The notes under the pieces were generated by a model, which saw only the letters and a program-made list of their open reading frames with translations, did not search any database and was not told the DNA's origin. From positions 620,763 to 684,762 of the forward strand of contig OZ025671.1 in assembly GCA_964019335.1 (NCBI GenBank): 64,000 nucleotides of DNA. Direction: 5' to 3'. Both the position numbers and the translations under genes were made by a program. Shown here one piece after another: positions 22,737-32,762 of this stretch; the stretch's first letter is position 1, and each line of letters begins with the position of its first letter. This DNA comes from Diplonema japonicum. Lineage: Eukaryota > Protista > Euglenozoa: Diplonemea.

Positions 22737-23127
22737 CTTATTGATCTGATGAGTCGTGAATCAAAGGTGTAAAAGTGTTTAAACAAAGCAGTGAGTGGAG
22801 GACTGGGGGGCGGGGTAAGAAATACGGGTAGGAAACAAAGGGGAAGGGTGAAATGGCAACGGAAAAAAAAGGGGTGTAAAATAAAAAAAGGGAAAAGTAA
22901 AAAAGAAAGAAAAGACCACTATTAAAACAAAATAAAAATAAAAAATAAAAAAAGCCCGGAAGAAGGTCCGTCCCTGACCTTTGTTGTCGTGGTGGTTTGT
23001 TATCATGAGGGTTGGGCAGCGGTGGGTGGGGAAACACTTGAAAATAAAATCCCGACAAAAAGAATAAACACATTGATCCCAAGAAGGGGGGGGAGGAAAA
23101 AGAGGAAAATGGGGTTGGCAAAGGTCT

Positions 23128-24048
23128 CTACGGGGAGGCGGAACCGATGAGGAGGGTCTTCTCATCGGCGAAGTAGTAGTCGGGGATCTCGAGGTTCAGT
23201 GGCGCGGGACCCTTTCTGATACGGCCAGAGTAGTCGTAGTGGGACCCGTGGCAGGGGCAGAGGTACGCGTCGAAGTCACCAGCACCGAAAACGGGGATGC
23301 AACCCAAGTGAGTGCAGATGGCAATCATGACTGCGTACTCAGGGTTCTGGCAACGGGACTCGTCAGTAGCAGGGTCCTTGAGGTCGCTGGCTGTGTTGTC
23401 ATTCACTGCGACCGCGATCTGCGCCTCAGTCCTCCTGTGCACGAACACAGGCTTCCCCTGCCACATGACCACGGTCATCTGACCGGGTTCAAGGAACCCG
23501 ATATCCACCTCAGCATTGGCCATGGCCTTCATGTCAGCCCTGGGCCCGAAGGACATAAGAAGACCAGCAACAGTCGACTTCAACACGAAGGTGCTGATAG
23601 CCCTCGGGATCGTGATGATACCGTAGAACTTCACCCTCCTCTCGTACTCGTCAGCGGCCCTGGGCTTCAGGTAAGACTTGATATACTTCTCCTCCGTGGT
23701 GGGGTAGCCGGTCAGCATCTCCTCAACCTCCTTCCCGAACCTGTCGTTCCTCCCGACCACGCTGCCCTCGGGGTACGTGTTAAAGGTCACCTCGTCAGCC
23801 TTATCAATGGCAGCGTCGTTGCACTTCGCGGGGTTGGCCCTGGCACCGATGGGGCCGTACTTCTCTGCCGACGCAGCGTTCACGGGCTGAACAACGGCCT
23901 CCCAAGCGACGTAACTCCTGGCACCGGATGAAGAAGTGACATCAGGGGTCTGTCTGGGGTAGCCAGTTACCGCAATGTTTGGGGGCACGAAGGTACGTGC
24001 TTGGCTCGAGAGAGCCGTTCTCAGAGTCGACTGTACCCCTCTGCGCAT
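23128..24048 (-). CDS. UQCRFS1: Mitochondrial cytochrome bc1 Rieske iron-sulfur protein
   Basis: 'CTHLGCIP', 'CPCHGSHYD.SGRIRKGPAPLNLEIP'; transit-peptide-like N-terminus; euglenozoan-type extension. Confidence 0.97.
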   Translation of the reverse strand: MRRGVQSTLRTALSSQARTFVPPNIAVTGYPRQTPDVTSSSGARSYVAWEAVVQPVNAASAEKYGPIGARANPAKCNDAAIDKADEVTFNTYPEGSVVGRNDRFGKEVEEMLTGYPTTEEKYIKSYLKPRAADEYERRVKFYGIITIPRAISTFVLKSTVAGLLMSFGPRADMKAMANAEVDIGFLEPGQMTVVMWQGKPVFVHRRTEAQIAVAVNDNTASDLKDPATDESRCQNPEYAVMIAICTHLGCIPVFGAGDFDAYLCPCHGSHYDYSGRIRKGPAPLNLEIPDYYFADEKTLLIGSASP

Positions 24049-24153
24049 TTTTCAATATTCTAAATAACGGGGCCTGGAGTGTGTTAGCAAAAAGGTTACA
24101 CAGAACAAAGAATACAACTGCACCATGTGCACTGTTATTGGTACTTGGTACTG

Positions 24154-25968
24154 TTACTCCTCAAAGGCATTGGTCGATGTGTACACCACCTGCATTGCGT
24201 GTTTGTAGACTGTAGCATACCTCTCTTTCAGGCTGCTCCCCGTCATCCAACTCCTGGCTTATCAAGCGGTCGACGAGGTTGCAATACCTGCGCATGTTTG
24301 CTATGCTTGTGGTACATACATGTATATCTCGCAGACCCGTGCCCTGTTCCTTTGGTGTTCCTTCTCTTTTTCGCTATCTATTAGCCTCACACAAGTTTTT
24401 CGCTCGTTTTCGCTGAGCTCTTCCTCCTTTGCATACAGCTTCTGTTGCCGCATTTGATGCGACTCCTCGATGAGTTTGTCTAGCTCCTCCTTATTCTCCA
24501 GGATTGACTCCAGCTGTGTCCTCTTTGTATTCAGCTCTTGTTCCCATTCAGCGCTTGCCCTGTCCATATTCGTCTGTGTTCCATCTCCCAGTTGGGACTG
24601 GTGTTTAGCACGCATGTCCTCGAAAGCATTCTCCAGGTCATCACGGTACTCTTTCTCGCAGTCCTGCAGTTTCTTGAAGCATTCGCTGATAGTCTCGATA
24701 GTCTCCTCCTGAAGTGTTGTGTAGTTTGTTTCGAACTCACTGATCACAGCCTCGTATGCTTCCTGTTGGTCAGTCTCTTTTTCCAAGAGATTTTCCTTTA
24801 GCGTCTTCAATCCCACTCTCAGCTTCTCCAGCTGCGAAGGGTCTTCTTCAATTACCTTCGCCTCTTCCTCAGTGGGGTGCCCATCGTGTCGGGGCATGAC
24901 AAGCTTCTTCTGTTTCTCAAATTGCTTGATTAAATATTTACATTCCGTGTCGACCTCTCCTTTTGCTGTTTCAAGCGTCTCAAAGAAATCCTTAAACTCC
25001 TCATCCTTGACCTTCTTGTGTTCCTGCATGCGGGTCACGAATTCTCTAACCTTTTCATCAAAGGCGTCACTGTACCTCTGCAGGGCCTCCTTCAGTTTGC
25101 TGTTTTCGTCATAGGCACCTGACTCCCTGAACGTCTGTATCTGCTTTGCTTCCGTTCCCTCGTTGATGAGCTCTTCGAACAATGAAGTCATGCCGGAGCA
25201 GTTGCATGCTCTGAGGTCAGTTTGCTCTTGGAGCTCAATGCGCTCTTGTCGTTGCCGTTCCTCCTCTTTCTTATCCTGCTCTTCTACTTGCACTAGATGT
25301 TCTCGGTGCTCTTGCTTCGCGTTTGCTACGGCCTTGGCGTCAACCAGTCTGTAGTCCAGGTACTTCAGCTTACTCAAGTGTGCCAGAACCTTAGCTTCAT
25401 AAATTTGCAATTGGATCTTGGCGTGGCAAGGATTTCCTGCTAGTGACAGCATCCTGAGGTGTTTGAACTTCCTAAGGTACTTGGCTATGTCATCGAGGTT
25501 GTCCAGCTTGTTTTTCCCTATTGAGAAGCACTTCAACGGCTTTAAACTATCAATCCCCTCCAGCACTTCTATGTTATTGCAGTGCAGCGTCAGGTCCTCT
25601 AGCTTGGTCAGCTCTGAGAGACCTTCTATCCTGCTAATTTTGTTGAAGGAAAGGTCAAGCCATATGAGGTTGGACAAGTGGTTCAAATTTTCGATTTTTG
25701 TGATGTTGTTATTATCTAGTTGCAGCTTCGTCAGCCTGTCGAAACCAATGAGATTTGCGATTTTGCTAATTCCTGTGAAGGAGAATATAAGGCACTCAAC
25801 TTCATGGAACTCAACTTTCTGCTTCTGCCCTGCCTTTGCTTGGTCCCTATCACGTGTTTTCTTGTCTTCTTCAATCCCCGTCGGTGGCACATAAATGCAC
25901 TGCTTGATCAGTGCCTCGTCCAGCACTGTGAAACTAGGTTTGTCAGGTCGATCATTTGTAGTGGGCAT
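24154..25968 (-). CDS. DRC3: LRR plus coiled-coil dynein regulatory complex subunit 3 (LRRC48-like), 3 exons (introns 24288-24319, 24190-24220)
   Basis: SDS22-type LRRs 'LTKLQLDNNNITKIENL...LIWLDLSFNKISRIEGL', then a long coiled coil ending 'HQRNRARVCEI'. Splicing gives 'EIYM|YCNLVDRLISQELDDGEQPERE|VVYTSTNAFEE*'. Confidence 0.85.
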
Positions 25969-26090
25969 TGCCCCCTGAGGTAGTCAAGTGCTGGGTATGT
26001 AAACAAATATGTAGAGACGAGACGACACCATGCAGCACAAGAGCTTGACATCGATGTCGGTTAGACATGAAAGAAGTAGAACATCAGTTC

Positions 26091-27071
26091 TCAGCCAAGT
26101 ATCTCGAGGGACCTCTTTTTCCCGCCATACTGGGATAGGTGGCTCTCTTCTTCCGACCACCCTGACAGCCCAGCATCGTTTTCAGGTGGTGTCAGTAACG
26201 GCATCATCACCCCGTAGGCTGCAAATACAAAAGCTGCTAGGGGTGCCTCCATCATCATTGTCGCACGCATGCCTGTGCGATGTGTAGGTGTGTGTAGATA
26301 GTGATGTGTTGTTTGATGCATACATTTAGCAGCGTAAACGGACGATGCGTCATAGGACGACGCACGCAAGCCGTGCGTCGCTGCCACAGCAGCAGCACCG
26401 GCAAGCCCGCCACAAGCCAAGTCGACAGGAATCTTTACAGCCATTGACGCCTCTGCTGGTGTTTCTGCTGCAAGGGAAAGAATAGTGTTCCGAAGTGTGT
26501 GATAGACCATGAACAGCACGCCCATCTTGGGTGCTTCGACACGGTACTTTGCAACGTCTTGGAACAAGCCGAGAGCCCCCTGCGTGCTCCATGTCGTCTT
26601 TGCCGCAGATATGAGAGACGCAGATTTGTCGCCAGCCAACTGCGCCATGTCTCTCGTGTATCGCAGCTTGTTAATAGGGTTTACAATTGCACGCGTCCAG
26701 CACTCTGTCCACGCACCAGTAACGAAGAAGTAAGGGGCCATGGCAACAGGGTTCATGCCATGCATCTTGCCTCCATAGTGCTCCAGTGAGTGCGTGTACA
26801 CTGCCAACCTGATGCCCCAGTAGGGGCTGTACCTATAAAGGATAGCTGCTTTAGCTGCTGTGTCGGGCCTGCCTTTAACCATCGTTGCTAAGGGGCTGAG
26901 ACCCTGCGCATCTAAGGGCATTACAAGCGCCCTGCCCATACCACCCGCAACATAACCGCACGCAAAGCCCTCAAACGGCAACGTGAGAGCATTGCCTACA
27001 AGAAACTGAGACAGCTCCTCTGTCCTTTTCCTTACGATAGACATGGTGGTGAAGAAGAATGTGACACACAT
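26091..27071 (-). CDS. Divergent mitochondrial carrier family protein
   Basis: About 300 aa, three-repeat hydrophobic pattern 'GYVAGGMGRALVMPLD', 'AIVNPINKLR', 'GGLAGAAAVAAT', 'QGALGLF'. Confidence 0.65.
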   Translation of the reverse strand: MCVTFFFTTMSIVRKRTEELSQFLVGNALTLPFEGFACGYVAGGMGRALVMPLDAQGLSPLATMVKGRPDTAAKAAILYRYSPYWGIRLAVYTHSLEHYGGKMHGMNPVAMAPYFFVTGAWTECWTRAIVNPINKLRYTRDMAQLAGDKSASLISAAKTTWSTQGALGLFQDVAKYRVEAPKMGVLFMVYHTLRNTILSLAAETPAEASMAVKIPVDLACGGLAGAAAVAATHGLRASSYDASSVYAAKCMHQTTHHYLHTPTHRTGMRATMMMEAPLAAFVFAAYGVMMPLLTPPENDAGLSGWSEEESHLSQYGGKKRSLEILG

Positions 27072-27440
27072 GTTGATATAATATGCCTGTTTATTGAATT
27101 CACTAGCGTTCTTAGTTGCAACTGCCTAAATACAAAAGCTACTCAAAACTAAGAGCTGCAGTGGCGCTGAGGTGCTTGCAAAGCAGATAGTCCTCGTGGA
27201 GCATACAATGGTGCGGGTGGTCTCTTGCACCCTTGGCGGACAGTGGCAGGGGACTGAAGGGATACAAATTGACTAACACTTCTATTACAGTGGCAATAAT
27301 ACAGACCACTACGGGCATAACTATCAATGACAGCACGCAACAAAACAACGTAAACGACTTAACATAGAACACCAGTACAATGATTTAGAACCCTAACTTA
27401 TACTGTGGCAGCTGCCGTTAATCGACATAACTAAAGTAGA

Positions 27441-29588
27441 CTAAAACCTGGTGCTTTGCCATCTCGGAGAGGAGTGCAGCGGTGGTGGGGGTGAAAAAGA
27501 AGTCTTGCGGAATTGTTGTTGTTGGAACTTCGATGGAGAGTTCGCCCTCGCCAAGCGCCCTTGGCTGCTTGCGTGGGCGTGAGGAACAGGCGTGGATGTG
27601 TGATGTTCATGTGTGTGCCTGCTTGAGGGCGGTGGGTTGTCGAATGCCCATGACGGTGACTCGTATTTCGGGGAGTGGCACGTGGACACCGGCCTAGGGT
27701 GGTTCACAGGAGAACCTAGACCCACGAAGCGTGACCTTTGTGGGGACTCAGATTCACGCGGGCATATCATATCAGGTGGTTTGCTGCCACCAGGCCCGCC
27801 TGGTGCTACACTGCCATGCATAGGCTGCATTCCGTTTCGTTTATACGCATCGGGACTAGGTGCGGGGTCGAGGTAGGTGCTGACAGGGGTGTTGTACGCA
27901 TGGTGCTGGGTTTGGAGCTGTGGGTGAGAGGCTGGTGTCAGGAGCGGCGAGTCGGCAGGTGTGTTGTTTGCAGAAGATCTGAAGATAGGTTGCACTGGTG
28001 GTTGACGTACAATGCTGCTGTTTCTATCAGGCGTGTTATTCCTTCTGCCAGGTGGAGGAGCTGTGGATGAATGTGCTGAGTGAGCAGAAGGTGCGGTCGA
28101 AGAGAGAGGTGTAGGCTGTGCGACGTTGGAGGGTACAGGACGTTGTTTCATGGGTGATGACCATTCTGGCACGGCAGGCGCGTGAGCAGAGGGGCTGGAT
28201 TGTTTTGATTGACTGTTGGAGCGCCCAGTTCTGGAAGGCTCATGGGGCGATTCAGCTGGCTTGATTCGAGAGTGTGCCTCTGCAGCATCGACTGGCCCTC
28301 CACTGTTGCCGCCTGGCATTACGTAAACAATAACAGGCGACTTGGTCTGCACGTCTCCACTGTGGCTTATGCGTTGTGACTGGTGTGACTTCTGCGCAAT
28401 GATATAGGGTTGGCTCTGCGGATTTGTTAAGCTTCTGGAGCTCGCAGAACTGACGGAAGAAGGTTGTCGCTTCATTTCTTTTGACTCTTTCAACGCTAAG
28501 AGCTTCTTACTCCACACCATGTTGCGTGGGTTGAAGAAGTAAAGCTCGCTGCGCTGCATAACTGGCATCACCATGTGGGAATTATGCCACACAGCAGACA
28601 GTCCGCCTTGAGGAGCGGGTGACCCGTCACCAGGCATCTTGCTCCATGACTTGCTTGTAGGGTCAAGGAACCAGCTGTCGCTAACCTTCTTGGGAGGGGT
28701 TTCAATCTCACCACCCCACACAATCACACCCTGGTCAGTTGCGACACTCACGTGGAGCGATCTGTGTGAGGGTGACTGGTGTTCCGTGTGCGACACAGGG
28801 AACATCCCTGTGACCTCCCCGTACATACGGCCTTTCCCAAGCTCTTTGCCATGCGGTGCTTCCAATACTTGAATGACCTGCCCTTTCTTGAACGAGAGGT
28901 GATGAGACTCATCCGAAGAATAGTCTCTTGTTGCTATGACGGTAGTAGGGGTTAAAGAGTCCCACTTCCTGGTGATGAAGTTCCACCTCCACAGAACATT
29001 GCTTTCCTTCCCGGTGTGCATGTGCACGCCCCCAAACAGCATCATTGTGGAGTTCCATGTGACCGCAGAATGTCCCCACAGATGTGGTCCTTTGGAAACT
29101 TCGATCCCCGTCCATATGAGAGATTCTATGTTTAGCTCGTAAAACACCGACGGGCGGTCCGAACTGTCGTCGCTATCGCTGTCGTCTGGTTGCTGCTGAT
29201 ATTTGTACCCACCTGTGACGTAGATGGTGGGACCCAGCATAACAGAGGCGTGGTGGCACAGTACTTCCGGAACGTCACCTGTGGTCACTAGATTGTCCCA
29301 CTTCTTGGTTGCAAGGTCCAGTGTAGGAACCGAGTACCTAATAGACTGCGACGGCTTGGCTGCGTGACCGTGGATGACACACAGCATGTTCTCGTACACA
29401 TGTGCTGTGTGATAGTCCCGCCCCTCAGGCAGCCTTCCCTTCACTTTCATTTTTTTGTAGGAACCATCGCTTTCTATTTCCCAAGTATCGTTTAGCAGTT
29501 TCCCCGAATCAGCTTTCCCGCCGAACACAAAGAGTTTATTATTATATGCAACAGTAGAGTGCCCCTGCTTAGGAACACCTGTCGTCAT
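27441..29588 (-). CDS. Kelch-repeat protein with inserted SH3 domain and Pro/Ser-rich tail
   Basis: Kelch repeats (LFVFGG, IYVTGG, MMLFGG, VIVWGG) and SH3 'VIATRDY...HLSFKKGQVIQVL...GMFPVSH'. Confidence 0.85.
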   Translation of the reverse strand: MTTGVPKQGHSTVAYNNKLFVFGGKADSGKLLNDTWEIESDGSYKKMKVKGRLPEGRDYHTAHVYENMLCVIHGHAAKPSQSIRYSVPTLDLATKKWDNLVTTGDVPEVLCHHASVMLGPTIYVTGGYKYQQQPDDSDSDDSSDRPSVFYELNIESLIWTGIEVSKGPHLWGHSAVTWNSTMMLFGGVHMHTGKESNVLWRWNFITRKWDSLTPTTVIATRDYSSDESHHLSFKKGQVIQVLEAPHGKELGKGRMYGEVTGMFPVSHTEHQSPSHRSLHVSVATDQGVIVWGGEIETPPKKVSDSWFLDPTSKSWSKMPGDGSPAPQGGLSAVWHNSHMVMPVMQRSELYFFNPRNMVWSKKLLALKESKEMKRQPSSVSSASSRSLTNPQSQPYIIAQKSHQSQRISHSGDVQTKSPVIVYVMPGGNSGGPVDAAEAHSRIKPAESPHEPSRTGRSNSQSKQSSPSAHAPAVPEWSSPMKQRPVPSNVAQPTPLSSTAPSAHSAHSSTAPPPGRRNNTPDRNSSIVRQPPVQPIFRSSANNTPADSPLLTPASHPQLQTQHHAYNTPVSTYLDPAPSPDAYKRNGMQPMHGSVAPGGPGGSKPPDMICPRESESPQRSRFVGLGSPVNHPRPVSTCHSPKYESPSWAFDNPPPSSRHTHEHHTSTPVPHAHASSQGRLARANSPSKFQQQQFRKTSFSPPPPLHSSPRWQSTRF

Positions 29589-29902
29589 GTTGAAGGACTG
29601 CCTGGGTGTATAGTAGTTTACATTTGTAAAAACAACTCAGAAAACAAATGTTGCTGGCCCCTTTTAGTTTCTTGTTGCTTCGCGTCATCAATGGAATGCC
29701 TGACCCTACAGGAAGACCAAAGTCAATAACACAATATTCAAGAAGATGCTCGTAGTAAAGTGTAGAAAATTTTCTGATTCGTTCTATCTGTGGGGACTAG
29801 TTCAAAGGCAAAATAGGACACTTGATGGTTTGCCTGGTGTACGTTGGCAATAACCTGAGGGTAAAGGTAAGGGGAAACTTGAGAACGTGCCTAGAAAGGT
29901 CA

Positions 29903-31015
29903 CTAAGCACGCAGCTCATAGTACTTGAGAACAATACTGGACATGGTGCCGACTGCGTACATGTACCCTTCTGTAATAAAATCGTTCTTTGCTGCATCGT
30001 CAACCCAGCTCAAGTTCATGAGCAAGCGGGACTCGTCTCTCATGAGCGGCCAGAAATCGTAGTCGGAGTTCCCGCGAATGTTTGCAAATGGGATCGGGCT
30101 TCCGTTTGCCTCTTCGAGCAGTGCCTGCATCCAACCAGGACCTTCCATGGCACTCACACACGTGACTTCTTCGGGTGAAGTGGCAACACCTGTTGCGTTG
30201 CTGATGACGCTAGCAAGGTACTTCCTACACAAAAAATCCTGAGGCATTCCAGTCCACAGGTTGTAGTCAGCAGCTTCAGCACATCGCGAGAACCCGTGCA
30301 CCCTGGGGGTTGTTGGGGGGTACACAGGGGGTACACCGAGGCCACGCCACATGTCAGTCCAGTACTTTTGGATGTACGCAGAAAGTTTTGCATTACGGGG
30401 CTGGTACTGCGCCTCCTGAGAAGCAGCTATGAGCTTTTCTGAGATGGTGTTTGTGGGCGAAACAAAGGTGCACTTCCCGAACACATCTTCACTATCGCGG
30501 CCTGAGCACTGGGGAGCCGTGCACTCGGCATTGGCGAAGTCATCCCATTGGCAGAAACCACAGCGCAACTGGAAGGACGCAGACGAGATACACACGTCAC
30601 CAATGTTGTTGAGTTGCTCTGCAGCAGGTTGCTGTGGAGCCGAGCACACGGGGTCTTTCTCTGGGTTGAAGAAGCCGCCGTTTTTAGGTGTCCATCCTGA
30701 GGTACCTAAGTAGATAGCGTCTGTGAGCTTCTCCTTGCCTTTGTAGTAGTTAACAACAGAGACCGAACACAAGGCCGCGTTGTTGGTACCAATGCCAGTA
30801 GTAACGAGCACCATGTCCTTCCCCTTCAGCTGCCCTTCCATGGCCAACGCGCACAGCGGGAGCTCAGAGGTGATATTGTGTACATTGGTCATGTTGGACA
30901 ATATATAGTGCCCTTCACTGATGCCACTGTAGCTACCCGGGTCGGCAGTCATGATCAAGGACCTCTGCGCGCTGGCGCATGCACAGAGGGAAACGAGAAC
31001 TATACGTGATAACAT
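29903..31015 (-). CDS. Secreted nucleoside phosphorylase-fold protein (purine nucleoside permease NUP / PNP_UDP-like)
   Basis: Signal peptide 'MLSRIVLVSLCACASA'; 'LVTTGIGTNNAA', 'YLGTSG', 'SAMEGPG...NIRGNSDYD'. Confidence 0.7.
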   Translation of the reverse strand: MLSRIVLVSLCACASAQRSLIMTADPGSYSGISEGHYILSNMTNVHNITSELPLCALAMEGQLKGKDMVLVTTGIGTNNAALCSVSVVNYYKGKEKLTDAIYLGTSGWTPKNGGFFNPEKDPVCSAPQQPAAEQLNNIGDVCISSASFQLRCGFCQWDDFANAECTAPQCSGRDSEDVFGKCTFVSPTNTISEKLIAASQEAQYQPRNAKLSAYIQKYWTDMWRGLGVPPVYPPTTPRVHGFSRCAEAADYNLWTGMPQDFLCRKYLASVISNATGVATSPEEVTCVSAMEGPGWMQALLEEANGSPIPFANIRGNSDYDFWPLMRDESRLLMNLSWVDDAAKNDFITEGYMYAVGTMSSIVLKYYELRA

Positions 31016-31072
31016 CTTCCTGTGGTGGGTTCAACATAGGTAGCGGCTCTCACACACAACTTGTGTTACCTG

Positions 31073-32182
31073 TCACATGCAGGCACCTAACTCAATCACT
31101 GGCGGTACAGAAGAGGAGGGTGCCCCTGTTCTGTGAGAGGACCACAAGCTATTCACTCCTACCATGGAAAGGGTGGAGTCGCAGCGATTGGTATCCTTAT
31201 AAACAGACAACGGCAAAGGCGGAGCCACGTAGGCTGTCAGGCGCTTGGAAGGAGAAGCGCACAACGTAGCAGATACCGCCGAGAGAACTGCTGGTGTTCG
31301 TTTCTTCAAGTTTATCATTCTTCGCAGCCAGTGTGAAGTCCTCCCCTGCCAGAGACAGAGTTCAGTTCCTGACCTGTCGAGTGTTGTTCCACAGTCGGAG
31401 CACCTTGTCTTTGCAAGCCCAAAAGGACCAGCACCGCATTTTGTGCAGCATGTCTTCATCTTTTCGAACCTGGATTCATGTGTTTGGTACGCTGCCTGCA
31501 CACATTTGTCTGTGTACCGCACGGGTGCTTCCTTCAGCTTGTCCATCAACGATGCCCACAACTCGCCGCATTGTGAAGCAGGGGTGTTTTTGATCTCCTT
31601 CAATTCGCTCAAGAGTTCGAGTAAGTTTCGTTTTGCGTACGGCCCCGCCTCCACTGCCTTGCACCTGTTGGTCATGAGGTCCATATAGGAATCGAAGCTG
31701 GGTATTTGTGCAAGCGTTTCGTATCGTGCTTTTAGATTATCGTGCGATGAGCGCAAACACGAAAGCTCTGCTGAGAGAAGCTGTATGGTTTTTTCCAAAG
31801 AGGCGACTTTGACAGCAGCAACATCAGTGAAGACGGCATCACCCAACCCCAAGATGCACAGGAGGTTGCTGTTGGACAGCCCCCTCTGCACGCCCTCTGT
31901 CACTTCTTTTAACGCTTTTTCGCTTTTTACGTACTTCTGCTCCATTTCCCGGAGCTCTACCCGCAGCTGGCGCGAAGTTTCCATTGCTTCATCGACTTGT
32001 TTCAGCCATATGTTCTGAGTACATTCAGGCTCTTTGGGTGCATCTTTAATCTCGTAACTAGCAGCACGTGAGGAGGCGGATTTTAACTTTACCACAGTAG
32101 CGACTTTCTTCGCAACATTCCATCCCTTCTTGCCTGCTCTCATCTTAGTTTCATTCAACCTTGAGATCTTTGAGGGCAACAA
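31073..32182 (-). CDS. Hypothetical coiled-coil protein with a CxxC...CxxC motif
   Basis: 369-aa ORF; 'CTKCGAGP...RCSDCG'; start codon uncertain. Confidence 0.6.
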   Translation of the reverse strand: MLPSKISRLNETKMRAGKKGWNVAKKVATVVKLKSASSRAASYEIKDAPKEPECTQNIWLKQVDEAMETSRQLRVELREMEQKYVKSEKALKEVTEGVQRGLSNSNLLCILGLGDAVFTDVAAVKVASLEKTIQLLSAELSCLRSSHDNLKARYETLAQIPSFDSYMDLMTNRCKAVEAGPYAKRNLLELLSELKEIKNTPASQCGELWASLMDKLKEAPVRYTDKCVQAAYQTHESRFEKMKTCCTKCGAGPFGLAKTRCSDCGTTLDRSGTELCLWQGRTSHWLRRMINLKKRTPAVLSAVSATLCASPSKRLTAYVAPPLPLSVYKDTNRCDSTLSMVGVNSLWSSHRTGAPSSSVPPVIELGACM

Positions 32183-32244
32183 AGTGGCGTGTAAAATAAC
32201 TACTTAGTTGCAAACACGCAGTGCATTGTAAATATTATCGAAGT

Positions 32245-32680
32245 TCATTCCTGCTTTTTCAGAAGGCCCACTGCTTCCAGCTCTGCCTTCATGCCATCGT
32301 AGTCGTTGGTGTGTAGTTGTGCTTCCCACTTTTCCATCTTAACATTCATCTCTGCTTCAAATGCAGCATCCTTCTTCATAGTCTCTTCGTCAACATCCTC
32401 GCTGCTCTCTTCTTCTTCTTCATCAGATTCTTCCTCTTCTTCTTCTCGTTGCGTCTTCTTCATTTTATTGTCTTCCAACTCTTTTGCTTTCTTCTCAATT
32501 ACCTCACGGAACAAGGCAACGTTTGGATGACCAGGCCACCGCTTCTCGATATCCTTGTGAGTATTTCCCCTTGTTGTTGATACATACTTGGGAGATATCA
32601 AAAGCTTTGACAAGGTCTTTCGTTTGTAGGGCTGTCAGGAACTGCACCTGCAGGGACAGGTACACCTCAGCATGAGACAT
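32245..32680 (-). CDS. Small glutamate-rich protein (ERICH2-like), 2 exons (intron 32554-32587)
   Basis: ATG 32680 'MSHAEVYLSLQVQFLTALQTKDLVKAFDISQ|DIEKRWPGHPNVALFREVIEKK...EEEEEESDEEEEE'. Confidence 0.65.
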
Positions 32681-32762
32681 ATTGGCCTGTACTAAATAAC
32701 TGTTACAAAATGGCAAGGAACAAGTTAACTTATTGACACTGGCGTGCCATGACCGACACTAT